DNA from: Macrostomum hystrix
Lineage: Eukaryota; Animalia; Platyhelminthes
Direction of reading: 5' to 3'
Assembly: GCA_950097015.1 (NCBI GenBank)
Contig: CATNEN010000001.1
Coordinates: 14,446,001 to 14,510,000, forward strand
DNA length: 64,000 nt
Below are positions 48,101-59,429 of this stretch, piece by piece. Below the pieces are notes generated by a model. That model worked only from the letters and a program-made list of their open reading frames with translations. It was not told where the DNA came from and searched no databases. Position 1 is the first letter of the stretch. Every line of letters begins with the position of its first letter. Position numbers and translations under genes: made by a program.

Positions 48101-51100
48101 GATCTCATTGGGAAGTGAGAGGATCACAGTCAGATCTCATTGGGAAGTGAGAGGATCACAGTCAGATCTCATTGGGAAGTGAGAGGATCACAGTCAGTTC
48201 TCATTGGGACGAGAGAGGATCACAGTCAGTTCTCATTGGGACGAGAGAGGATCACAGTCAGTTCTCATTGAGACGAGAAAGGATCACAGTCAGTTCTCAT
48301 TGGGACGAGAGAGGATCACAGTCAGTTCTCATTGGGACGAGAGAGGATCACAGTCAGTTCTCATTGAGACGAGAAAGGATCACAGTCAGTTCTCATTGGG
48401 AAGACAGAGGATCACAGTCAGTTCTCATTGGGAAGAGAGAGGATCACAGTCAGTTCTCATTGGGAAGAGAGAGAGAGAATCACAGCCAGTTCTCATTGGG
48501 AAGAGAGAGGATCACAGTTAGTTCTCATTGGGAAGAGAGAGGATCACAGTCAGTTCTCATTGGGAAGACAGAGGATCACAGCCAGTTCTCATTGGGACGA
48601 GAGAGGATCACAGTCAGTTCTCATTGGGACGAGAGAGGATCACAGTCAGATCTCATTGGGAAGAGAGAGGATCACAGTCAGATCTCATTGGGAAGTGAGA
48701 GGATCACAGTCAGATCTCATTGGGAAGTGAGAGGATCACAGTCAGATCTCATTGGGAAGTGAGAGGATCACAGTCAGTTCTCATTGGGACGAGAGAGGAT
48801 CACAGTCAGTTCTCATTGGGACGAGAGAGGATCACAGTCAGTTCTCATTGAGACGAGAAAGGATCACAGTCAGTTCTCATTGGGACGAGAGAGGATCACA
48901 GTCAGTTCTCATTGGGACGAGAGAGGATCACAGTCAGTTCTCATTGAGACGAGAAAGGATCACAGTCAGTTCTCATTGGGAAGTGAGAGAGAGGATCACA
49001 GCCAGATCTCATTGGGAAGTGAGAGAGAGGATCACAGTCAGATCCCATTGGGAAGTGAGAGGATCACAGCCAGATCTCATTGGGAAGTGAGAGAGAGGAT
49101 CACAGTCAGATCTCATTGGGACGAGAGAGGATCACAGTCAGTTCTCATTGGGAAGTGAGAGAGAGGATCACAGTCAGTTCTCATTGGGACGAGAGAGGAT
49201 CACAGTCAGTTCTCATTGGGACGAGAGAGGATCACAGTCAGTTCTCATTGAGACGAGAAAGGATCACAGTCAGTTCTCATTGGGACGAGAGAGGATCACA
49301 GTCAGTTCTCATTGGGACGAGAGAGGATCACAGTCAGTTCTCATTGAGACGAGAAAGGATCACAGTCAGTTCTCATTGGGAAGTGAGAGAGAGGATCACA
49401 GCCAGATCTCATTGGGAAGTGAGAGAGAGGATCACAGTCAGATCCCATTGGGAAGTGAGAGGATCACAGCCAGATCTCATTGGGAAGTGAGAGAGAGGAT
49501 CACAGTCAGATCTCATTGGGACGAGAGAGGATCACAGTCAGTTCTCATTGGGAAGTGAGAGAGAGGATCACAGTCAGTTCTCATTGGGACGAGAGAGGAT
49601 CACAGTCAGTTCTCATTGGGACGAGAGAGGATCACAGTCAGATCTCATTGGGACGAGAGAGGATCACAGTCAGATCTCATTGGGAAGTGAGAGAGAGGAT
49701 CACAGTCAGATCTCATTGGGAAGTGAGAGAGAGGATCACAGCCAGATCTCATTGGGAAGTGAGAGAGAGGATCACAGCCAGATCTCATTGGGAAGTGAGA
49801 GAGAGGATCACAGTCAGATCTCATTGGGAAGTGAGAGAGAGGATCACAGCCAGATCTCATTGGGACGAGAGAGGATCACAGTCAGTTCTCATTGGGAAGT
49901 GAGAGAGAGGATCACAGTCAGTTCTCATTGGGACGAGAGAGGATCACAGTCAGTTCTCATTGGGACGAGAGAGGATCACAGTCAGATCTCATTGGGACGA
50001 GAGAGGATCACAGTCAGATCTCATTGGGAAGTGAGAGAGAGGATCACAGTCAGATCTCATTGGGACGAGAGAGGATCACAGTCAGTTCTCATTGGGAAGT
50101 GAGAGAGAGGATCACAGTCAGTTCTCATTGGGACGAGAGAGGATCACAGTCAGTTCTCATTGGGACGAGAGAGGATCACAGTCAGATCTCATTGGGACGA
50201 GAGAGGATCACAGTCAGATCTCATTGGGAAGTGAGAGAGAGGATCACAGTCAGATCTCATTGGGAAGTGAGAGAGAGGATCACAGCCAGATCTCATTGGG
50301 AAGTGAGAGAGAGGATCACAGCCAGATCTCATTGGGAAGTGAGAGAGAGGATCACAGTCAGATCTCATTGGGAAGTGAGAGAGAGGATCACAGCCAGATC
50401 TCATTGGGAAGTGAGAGAGAGGATCACAGCCAGATCTCATTGGGAAGTGAGAGAGAGGATCACAGCCAGATCTCATTAGGAAGTGAGAGAGAGGATCACA
50501 GCCAGATCTCATTGGGAAGTGAGAGAGAGGATCACAGCCAGATCTCATTGGGAAGTGAGAGAGAGGATCACAGCCAGATCTCATTGGGAAGTGAGAGAGA
50601 GGATCACAGCCAGATCTCATTGGGAAGTGAGAGAGAGGATCACAGCCAGATCTCATTAGGAAGTGAGAGAGAGGATCACAGCCAGATCTCATTGGGAAGT
50701 GAGAGAGAGGATCACAGCCAGATCTCATTGGGAAGTGAGAGAGAGGATCACAGCCAGATCTCATTGGGAGAGTTCCAATCTCCAAACTTACCTAGTGGGC
50801 TCGTCAAAGAACATAATCGGCGGATTGCTTAGCAACTCCTGCGCAATAGCCAGACGTTTCTTCTGGCCGCCGCTGAGCGATGAAGCCCTAGTGGAGCTGC
50901 ACTCTTCGAGTCCCAGAACGTCAAGAATCGTACGGATCATGGCCTCCTTCTTGTCTGGCGGGTCGGACAGCCGTAAGTTAGCCGAACAGGTCATTGCCTC
51001 GTACACAGACAGGTGCGGTAAAAGCAAATCTTCTTGCATAATGTAGCAGGAGTTCTTGCGAAATTTTCTCAAATTTCTAGGCACCCCGTTGACTAGAATG

Positions 51101-51982
51101 TCGCCTTCGACATTCTTGCTGATGTAGCCCGCCAAGATGTTCGTTAGGGTGCTTTTGCCGGCGCCGCTGGGACCCATCAGGGCCACGAGGCGACCTGGCT
51201 TAAATTTCCCGCTTAGACCGTCCAGAATGGTCTTTTGAGCTGCGGAGCGATATTGAAATTACTCTTTGGGGTCTAGGAGCCTCACAGTACATCAAAGAGT
51301 TACCGACAAACCTATATTCACAACACATCAAAGAGTTACCGACAAACTTATCTTCACAACACATCAAAGAGATTCCGACAAACTTATCTTCACAAAACAT
51401 CAAAAAGTTACCGACAAACCTATATTCACAACACATCACAGAGTTACCGACAAACTTATCTTCACAAAACATCAAAGAGTTACCGACAAACCTATATTCA
51501 CAACACATCAAAGAGTTACCGACAAACTTATCTTCGCAAGACATCAAAGAGATTCCGACAAACTTATCTTCGCAAGACATCAAAGAGATTCCGACAAACT
51601 TATCTTCGCAACACATCAAAGAGCTGTTGACAGAAAATTTGCAACAGTAGAAATGAAACTCACCATTGCGCACTCGAACATAATAGCTGAGATTTTTAAA
51701 CTCCAGCGTGAGTGGACTTTTTCCCTGCAATCTGAGGAACATCTCCTTGCCCTTGAGTGAATTGTAAGATGATTTCAGTTCGGCATCCAATGGCATTGCA
51801 ATGGCTGTTGAGCCATCAGCTGTTTTGAAATCACTCGCTAGATTACTTGCCCGCAGGGGGACAGATTCTTCTTCAATGGAGCTCACGGCAGCAGGTTGTG
51901 GTGCATTCTGCTCACAGCTAACACTGAGCACAGCTGGCCTGCTTGATGACTTGCTTTTACTTTTCTTTTTAATTTCTGGCAT
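39189..51982 (-). CDS. ABCG-family half transporter (ABCG1/ABCG4, white-like), about 740 aa; exons 51982-51664, 51239-50792, 44281-43717, 42359-42267, 41594-41426, 40590-40318, 39544-39189
   Basis: All junctions GT-AG and in phase. Walker [10 protein letters not shown]; SCYIMQED; signature LSGGQKKR; FFDEPTSGLDS; CTIHQPSA; HNPTDY; ABC2 membrane domain [33 protein letters not shown]. Confidence 0.95.
39586..40310. repeat. 23-bp minisatellite (tcatgatccttctccccctacag)n filling ABCG intron 6
   Basis: About 31 units occupying nearly the whole intron. Confidence 0.97.
40648..41390. repeat. Two adjacent minisatellites in ABCG intron 5: 20-bp (gattctatgctatctgctgc)n and 24-bp (cgattcctgattcgattctagcta)n
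   Basis: 40648-41060 and 41140-41390. Confidence 0.95.
41690..42210. repeat. 28-bp purine-rich minisatellite in ABCG intron 4
   Basis: gggtgagaagtggaggggagagaagaga units. Confidence 0.9.
42595..42950. repeat. (cccatct/cccattt)n 7-bp low-complexity repeat in ABCG intron 3
   Basis: Visible directly. Confidence 0.85.
43488..43672 (+). mobile_element. SINE family A copy with both ends but two internal deletions
   Basis: ggggtgagtggcagagcagtctaaagcgtttgcctctcgcaccaagg ... gccctcctgcaattatt. Confidence 0.85.
44385..45405. repeat. 21-bp (cccatttctcatgcttcctat)n followed by 11-bp (tgcctttaatc)n, ABCG intron 2
   Basis: 44385-45210 and 45218-45405. Confidence 0.95.
46120..47022. repeat. 21-bp minisatellite (tcataaactcattccaatcag)n, ABCG intron 2
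   Basis: About 43 units. Confidence 0.97.
47343..50770. repeat. 32/36-bp minisatellite (gaggatcacagtcagttctcattgggaagaga)n, about 3.4 kb, ABCG intron 2
   Basis: About 100 units with a variant gradient and block duplications (offsets 580 and 400). Confidence 0.97.
51283..51625. repeat. 33-bp minisatellite filling ABCG intron 1
   Basis: acatcaaagagttaccgacaaacttatcttcac-type units. Confidence 0.93.
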
Positions 51983-54533
51983 TTGTCTTGTAGATATTTA
52001 AGCTTAGCTGAAATTATTGTGACAAGTAAAATTACTTTTTTGGCAAATTGTTTGGAAGAGTAAGTGAAATATATACTTATAAGTTTAATACTTTGTGACT
52101 GTTTAATAAATTGAAGTAATAAAAAACATTTAAGAAACATGATTTTCAGAGTTTCAACATTTTCCCTATAAAGTATAGTTATACACATATTTAAATAAAT
52201 ATATATGATAAAAAATCTAGAAAACATGTTTCTAATTTTTTTATATTATGTACAATAAAATGTTCACAAAACCATGTTAATTATTAAGAAACAAACAAAT
52301 TAAGTCTGAATCAGATAAATAAAGTAAAGATTATAAAGTCAGGTGATAAAGTAAAAATTTCTTTAGAAAGATTTTTACATAGTTTTCACTAAGAATAGTA
52401 TTTTTATGCAAGAAAAAAAACTGTTAAAATATTGATTGAATTGAAGATAGATAACTAGACAAAAAGTGTCACTTGTGCATTTATACTTTGTGCATTAGAG
52501 ATGCTCTTAGTATCATACACATACATGCGCAACACCCAGCTGAACCGGCTGGGTGAAACGAGGGCCAAGCAAGGTAAGTTGCAAGAACCAATCAACCAAG
52601 CGCAAAAAATCAAAGGGGGGACCAAGGGACAAAAAAGGAAGGCGTGAAGAAAAGGAAAAAGGGAGAAAAAGAGAGCTAATGAGAACAAACTAAGTCGTAA
52701 ATAGAGCAAAAACTAAGTCACACGGCCAGCTAAGATTTGGGAGGTTGCGCATGTATGCTCATACATAAGTCCTACCTTACACTTAAGGTTGAAAATGGAA
52801 TAGTAACAGTAAAATCACCACATTTTATTGTAAAATATAAACATTAAAAAAAATTAATTACACTAGATTATTTTTATTCACTGTGTGCATAGTACTCATG
52901 GAATATATTTTAACTAGAAATCACTATTTTAATTCTTCAAGGCACATTGCTGGTTACAAAAAACGAATATTGACTTTCAAGAACTTTTGACTATTCAAGT
53001 GGCTGACAGACCTACTAAAATTAAAACTAAACTACATAGCACAATGTAAATTACAAAGTTTAAATTTCAAGCTTGACCGCGTTCTTAGAAATTTTATATA
53101 TTTAAACTTATCGTGCTTATTTTGTAACATTTTAAACTCTCCCACAAAACAACGTTTTGGCGTAGACGCTCGTAAAATTTAATTTCGTATATATCATTAA
53201 CGGTTCATGAGTTTCCATGAATGTATAGGAAAACAGATTCAGTAAGTTTTATTAATTCAGTTTTATTCGATACCAAATTGTGTGGTCGTGAAAAATGTTA
53301 CAATCGGAGCTAAGCAGCTTAGGCCCAGTATAATCGCTTGTGGTTTCTGATTTTACATAGTACGAGCTCGTAGTTACGTAACGGGTTACGAAAATAGTAA
53401 ATTATTTTGCTAAACAGAGGCGTAAAATAAAAATTTTGCGTCGTCTCTATTAAAAGCTGTTTTGCGTAATCCTTTTTTTACTAAGTGTTGTCTTGGTATC
53501 CTGATTGATGTTGATATGAAACAGCTACATAAAAATGCAATCCTTTATGGAACCTTTATTAGGTAAATAAATGGGATTCAGCACTTCGCTCCTGTATTCA
53601 TTCTTTCGCAAACGTTTAAACCAGCTGACTGCATCAAAAACTTGCGTTAAAATCGTAGCGTTAGGGTCGAATTTAAGCTCTCTCAACTTAAGGACAACTT
53701 AAGAACTTTAAGCGTTCTGATGTTGTCCTTGAAAAAATCATGTGTACCGCGAGCTTGAAGCCTTGTCAGATTCATGCCACCATAAACACAATACCTGTCT
53801 TGTCATCCCCGTTTGGGATTGGTGGCGGTGCTGTGGGCAAACTGTTTGTTGCTGGTTGATTGGTTACAAAAATAAAAAATCTAACTGTAAATTGAGCAGT
53901 TTAACATTTTGTCTGAAACAAATATGATATAATTACAAAGTATCAATAAACCTTATTGTACCAGCTGTCGCCCAACTTGGAACGGGTCGAAGCTTGTCTT
54001 AAAACCCCAACAAGGTCTACTAAATTGTCGTTTATATAATTCTAAGTTATCTACTTTAAAGTAGTATGTGATCGGTGAGATCCAATATGCTCAATTTTTT
54101 TGCCGTCATAGTGACTGACAGTACATTTTTTTTTAAAGTTTAATTTTTTTCATTTCTTGTTGCTTTTTGTATTGTTTTATCGATTTTGAGGATTTTAAAT
54201 TTAGATTTTAGATGTAGGATGCCAAAAACAAGGCGCGTATATGTCATATACGGGATGTTCTGCTATGTCTATTTTTAGCTTACGAGCTTTTCTTGGGAAT
54301 TCGCAGCTCTGTAAATATATGAGAGCTGTACAGAAATATAGTAGAGCTTTCAAGTTAACAGTTTTGTACGTCACAACGGTACATCGTGACTCAATGATAT
54401 TTTTAAAGACAATATATCTGCTTCCAAATATAGTTCTATATGGAGTGTATATACTTAATAAATAAAAAGGTAAAAAAGGCATTTCTTTTTTGTCGATCAG
54501 TTTTTTTTTAACTGAAGACTTTGTAAAGTTGCA

Positions 54534-55271
54534 ATGTCAGCGGTACTCCAAGAAGCAAACCAAAGTGTGCTTCGTGATGCGCTGTCTCACATCTCAGTGA
54601 AGCTGTCGAATCGCCTCGGTCCTCTGACAGCTTCCAGTTCGACGCTTGACGTCTGCGAGTGCCTGACGGCCGTCGTCTACATCATGTCGAGTGCCTGTCG
54701 TCTCGAATTCGTCAGCCGCGCAAAACGTCGCGAGTCGTTCGAGCGAGCGAACTGGGACCGCCTGGGCAGACTGCAGAGCGCGGACGACATGGTCGAGAGC
54801 GGATTCTACTCGCTGCAGGACGGCGACCACGTCAAGTGCTTCTTCTGCGACTTGGGACTGAGGGACTGGGGGACTGGGGACAGTCCTGAGATGGAGCACG
54901 CCAAGTTCAGTCCGCTGTGCTTCTTCCTGAAGAGCTCCAGAGGCCTGGATTGGCTGAGAAGGTCGAGTGCGCCATCGACCAACTATCCAAGTTCCTACCT
55001 GCGTCAGGATCACAACCTGTTGCTGAAGATCCTCTGGGAAGAATTCAAGGAAACCAAAGTGTTGGTCGCTAGGTCTGTAGGATTTAGCGATACAAAAGTG
55101 CTGCTGTGCATTTCCAGAAGCTTCATTCGGCACAGACGCAAACTAACTAGAGATGAGCTGATCGCTGAGCTGCAGCGTGACTGGGACTCTGAGTTGTTCG
55201 GACGAGAGCCAACGGTGTTTGACAGCACGTTGGACTTGGCAATAGGGCTGCGTGACTTGTTCAAAGCCTGA
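54534..55271 (+). CDS. Single-BIR inhibitor-of-apoptosis-like protein with C-terminal UBA-like helices and no RING (copy 1, 245 aa, intronless)
   Basis: RRESF..W..MVESGFY..GDHVKCFFCDLGLRDWGTGDSPEMEHAKFSPLCFFL is a BIR with CCHC zinc ligands; SVGFSDTKV..DELIAEL resembles the IAP UBA-like region. Confidence 0.9.
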   Translation: MSAVLQEANQSVLRDALSHISVKLSNRLGPLTASSSTLDVCECLTAVVYIMSSACRLEFVSRAKRRESFERANWDRLGRLQSADDMVESGFYSLQDGDHVKCFFCDLGLRDWGTGDSPEMEHAKFSPLCFFLKSSRGLDWLRRSSAPSTNYPSSYLRQDHNLLLKILWEEFKETKVLVARSVGFSDTKVLLCISRSFIRHRRKLTRDELIAELQRDWDSELFGREPTVFDSTLDLAIGLRDLFKA

Positions 55272-55933
55272 TTGGCATAACATTATCCAGTAAAATGATA
55301 TAATCAGCCCTTAGATTGAACAAACATGTACGCATCAGCAGCAACACCAGCTGCTCATCTGGACAGATGGCTAACACTGTTGTCTTCTTTTATCTACTGA
55401 GAATAAGTCTATTAATGGGATAAACAGTCAAATTGTGCTTGCAAAAATGCAAATTCTCGTTTTATTCTAGCGGTTAAGCAATAGTTCAAAGTGATGTTAA
55501 CTGCATTTCTAGCTAATTTAACTTTAATCGAACCCAATACAAACTTTTATATAAAAATCTAAAAGTGCAGCAGTTAAAAAAGTCCATTATTTTCGTCGAA
55601 TTATGAAGTCTACGTTAAACAATAATTTTCTCGCATTCTATTATGGCTTTTGCGTATCAATTTCACAAATTTTTCTTTCTATTCTCTTGGTTGGCAATGA
55701 ACAGTCGATTTTTTGCCAAACTGCAATCCCAAGTCCCTCTGACTAAATTTCAGAGTTAAACTTTGAGTCATGCTTACTCTTCGTGAATTTAAAGAATTAC
55801 GGAATTGTATTACATACCGACAGCTATAAAAGTGTTCTAAAATACCTAAAAATTTTATTTGCTTATCAACGTGTGTCACAGTCAATGACCAGAGTGAATT
55901 GAAATTCAACATACCTAGCAGACGAATTGGATT

Positions 55934-56132
55934 GCCTTATCCTCCCTTATCCTCCCTTATCCTCCCTTATCCTCCCTTATCCTCCCTTATCCTCCCTTAT
56001 CCTCCCTTATCCTCCCTTATCCTCCCTTATCCTCCCTTATCCTCCCTTATCCTCCCTTATCCTCCCTTATCCTCCCTTATCCTCCCTTATCCTCCCTTAT
56101 CCTCCCTTATCCTCCCTTATCCTCCCTTATCC
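55934..56132. repeat. Perfect 10-bp repeat (ccttatcctc)n
   Basis: About 20 identical units. Confidence 0.97.
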
Positions 56133-56448
56133 GACACAGCTCGCAATTTTGAAATATATTCGATCATGAGAAGCTAATTATGACACACCAGGTAAGGCGA
56201 CTTTAAAGCATGCGCTAATAATTATTCCGACTAGTTTCGTGAAAGCAATGAATAAAATGTAAACTCGTCCAAAAAGGGTCGCACAGTACAACAGTATCTA
56301 ACAATAGCCCCAAGTACGAGCGTACGAGCGTATGCCGTGGTTCTTCCATGGAAGAGACCTGGAAACTCGACTAAAGTAAATTTAATGTCGTAAATAATTT
56401 TCTGTAGCAGCACACAGGAAACTTTTCTCAATAACGCTGTGACAGCCA

Positions 56449-57141
56449 ATGTCTTTACTTCAAAACACAAACCAAAGTGTGCTTCGTGATGCGCTGTCTC
56501 ACATCTCAGTGAAGCTGTCGAATCGCCCCGGTCCTCTGACAGCTTCCAGTTCGACGCTTGACGTCTGCGAGTGCCTGACGGCCGTCGTCTACATCATGTC
56601 GAGTGCCTGTCGTCTCGAATTCGTCAGCCGCGCAAAACGTCGCGAGTCGTTCGAGCGAGCGAACTGGGACCGCCTGGGCAGACTGCAGAGCGCGGACGAC
56701 ATGGTCGAGAGCGGATTCTACTCGCTGCAGGACGGCGACCACGTCAAGTGCTTCTTCTGCGACTTGGGACTGAGGGACTGGGGGACTGGGGATAGTCCTG
56801 AGATGGAGCACGCCAAGCTCAGTCCGCTGTGCTTCTTCCTGAAGAGCTCCAGAGGCCTGGATTGGCTGAGAAGGTCGAGTGCGCCATCGACCAACTATCC
56901 AAGTTCCTACCTGCGTCAGGACTGCAATCACCTGCTAGACGTTCTGTGGAAGGAGTTCAACACTTTTCGAGCTAAGTCTGTACGCGGAGTTGGATTCAGC
57001 GACACCAAAGTTCTCCTGTTCATTGCCAGGCGTTTTCTGTTGCACAAGAGAACGTACAGAACGGTGAACGAGTTCGTGTCGGAGCTACAAGGCGAGTGGA
57101 ACAGGGAGATAGCCAGCCCTGACCAGTGCTTGTTTGACTAA
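56449..57141 (+). CDS. Single-BIR IAP-like protein (copy 2, 230 aa, intronless), tandem paralog of 54534-55271
   Basis: Same BIR; core nearly identical to copy 1; diverged UBA-like C-terminus. Confidence 0.88.
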   Translation: MSLLQNTNQSVLRDALSHISVKLSNRPGPLTASSSTLDVCECLTAVVYIMSSACRLEFVSRAKRRESFERANWDRLGRLQSADDMVESGFYSLQDGDHVKCFFCDLGLRDWGTGDSPEMEHAKLSPLCFFLKSSRGLDWLRRSSAPSTNYPSSYLRQDCNHLLDVLWKEFNTFRAKSVRGVGFSDTKVLLFIARRFLLHKRTYRTVNEFVSELQGEWNREIASPDQCLFD

Positions 57142-57829
57142 GCGGTTGATATTTCAGTAGTGCTAATCGACTTCTACGAAAGTTCGTAACCCACTTGAAA
57201 GTTCGTAAGCTGAAAAAATCGTAACCGGTTTCTCATTTTACCTGTAAGATTTTCCCATTCTGTTACATTGAAAATAAGGGACATGAGCTGGTGTTTTAGG
57301 CCTGTTTCACTAAATATCACATTCAGCTGGCAAACTGAAATTTACCTGCAGAGCTAAATTTAGAAAGCGAACTTACGTCGCTATTTGATTTATTTTTAGA
57401 ATCATGTGGATTTTCCCCGGAAAGTCTTCTAAACAGATAAGACATGACCAATTTTACTCTAAACTTTGTGCACTCGTAAAAGCTGTTTTCGCTATGATTA
57501 AATAAACCTAAACGATATATTTATTAATCGCTATCATGCAAACTCTTTTAGATAAATTAAGTTTCGAAAATTGCAGTAGAAGTTATAAAGCATTTTTTAT
57601 TTACATTTAGGATGTCAAAAACTAGTTGTAATTTCGTTATCGTGCATGCACAGGGCACTGGGCCTCGATTCAGGCCGTGGGCGGTTTATACGCGAGGTTC
57701 GAGTTCTGGAGTTAACCATGGAAAAGAGGAAGAGGAGGAAAGGGGGCCAGAAATAGTTCAGACACTTGGTGGGACAGAGACAAGACGGTGTATGGCGAAA
57801 CAAGGGCCAGGGTGCAGCCCACAACACAT

Positions 57830-58545
57830 TCATCATAACAGGTTGGTCATAACAGGTTATTAAGAGGTTCATTACTGGTTATTAAGTTGGTCATAACAGG
57901 CTATTAAGTTGGTCATTACAGGTTGTTAAGAGGTTCATTACTGGTTATTAAGTTGGTCATAACAGGCTATTAAGTTGGTCATTACAGGTTGTTAAGAGGT
58001 TCATTACTGGTTATTAAGTTGGTCATAACAGGCTATTAAGTGGGTCATTACAGGTTGTTAAGAGGTTCATTACAGGTTATTAAGTTGGTTATAACAGGCT
58101 ATTAAGTGGGTCATTACAGGTTGTTAAGAGGTTCATTACTGGTTATTAAGTTGGTCATAACAGGCTATTAAGTGGGTCATTACAGGTTGTTAAGAGGTTC
58201 ATTACTGGTTATTAAGTTGGTCATAACAGGCTATTAAGTGGGTCATTACAGGTTGTTAAGAGGTTCATTACTGGTTATTAAGTTGGTCATAACAGGCTAT
58301 TAAGTGGGTCATTACAGGTTGTTAAGAGGTTCATTACTGGTTATTAAGTTGGTCATAACAGGCTATTAAGTGGGTCATTACTAATTATTAAGTGGGTCAT
58401 AACAGGTTATTAAGTTGGTCATAACAGGCTATTAAGTGGGTCATTACTAATTATTAAGTGGGTCATAACAGGTTATTAAGTTGGTCATAACAGATTATTA
58501 AGTGGGTCATTACTATTTATTATGTGGGTCATTACTAGTGATTTT
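57830..58545. repeat. 22-bp minisatellite with a 66-bp higher-order unit
   Basis: ggtcataacaggctattaagt / ggtcattacaggttgttaag / ggttcattactggttattaag variants cycle as a triplet. Confidence 0.93.
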
Positions 58546-58833
58546 AGGCGGCTCATTAGTATACTGGTTATTAGTAATTATTGTTTAGCAGCTGGATCAT
58601 TACTGGTTAATAAGGTGGCTTCTGCGCTCCTCTTGAGGATTTTGAAAGCCTCTTGTTGTTCGATGTCGAGAATTTTCCGGCCATAGACAATTGCCATTGC
58701 ATGGATCGAGTATTGTAAGACTGTTGCAATAAAAGAAAATGCAAGGCTTGGAAGTGCAACAACGCCAAGAATCACGTAAAATAGTGCGAGAATCGATGAC
58801 GTACATTGTCGTATTGACAAGCCAACAGTCGGG

Positions 58834-58976
58834 CTCGGCCATAGACCGAAGCATTATCGTCTATGGTGAAATGTCGAAAAACGTGAATTAAAAGAAAGTG
58901 CGCATTAAATTTTTTTAGCCAATGAGCGACGTCGAGTCGTTAAATGCTCACTTTAAATGCATAGTCTATGGTCGAG
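58834..58976. mobile_element. Putative small MITE-like element with 13-bp terminal inverted repeats
   Basis: ctcggccatagac ... gtctatggtcgag (12/13 match); no clear TSD. Confidence 0.4.
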
Positions 58977-59429
58977 ACTACATAATTGAATCGATATTAT
59001 GATCGTTATTTGAAACCCTCTTCGGCTTTAAAAAAAGAAAAATGTAAGCGTATGAATCTAATAAAGACAAGTGTGTATTTGTTATAATTGTACAAAAGTG
59101 TCACATCGAAATAAACTGAAAGAAAAACGAGTGTTCATTTTCGTTGCATGATTTATTAGGTGTGACCATCCAGTTTAGGGTCGCATTGATGTCAGAGGCT
59201 TGGCGCTTTTCCGCTTCAACCGGATCCGTACTGCAGACCGCGAGCGCTCACCTGCTGAGTGCCGCCGGCGCCCTTGAGAGCGGCGGCGCCTCGGCGCTTC
59301 TCGGAAACCCAATCCGGGTGAACAATGAAATGACACCTGGCTGCTGGCGATGTGCTCTGCGGGGTTTGGACTGATCTTTTAGTTGCAGAAAGTGACCAGA
59401 TGATTGGTTGCCGTTTCCATATTGCTGTA

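Noticed and set aside
47323-50832. Many overlapping 100-275 aa ORFs ([13 protein letters not shown]...)
   Set aside because: All derive from the 32/36-bp array, are open in several frames and lie antisense within ABCG intron 2
51200-51663. C-terminal Cys-rich repeat portion of ORF 51200-51982
   Set aside because: Read-through into ABCG intron 1 (33-bp array); the real exon ends at the GTGAGT donor after 51664
53685-53732. Short inverted repeat aaggacaac...gttgtcctt, and a similar hairpin at about 1960-2003
   Set aside because: Stems of 8-9 bp are expected by chance in 64 kb; no TSD or other copies seen
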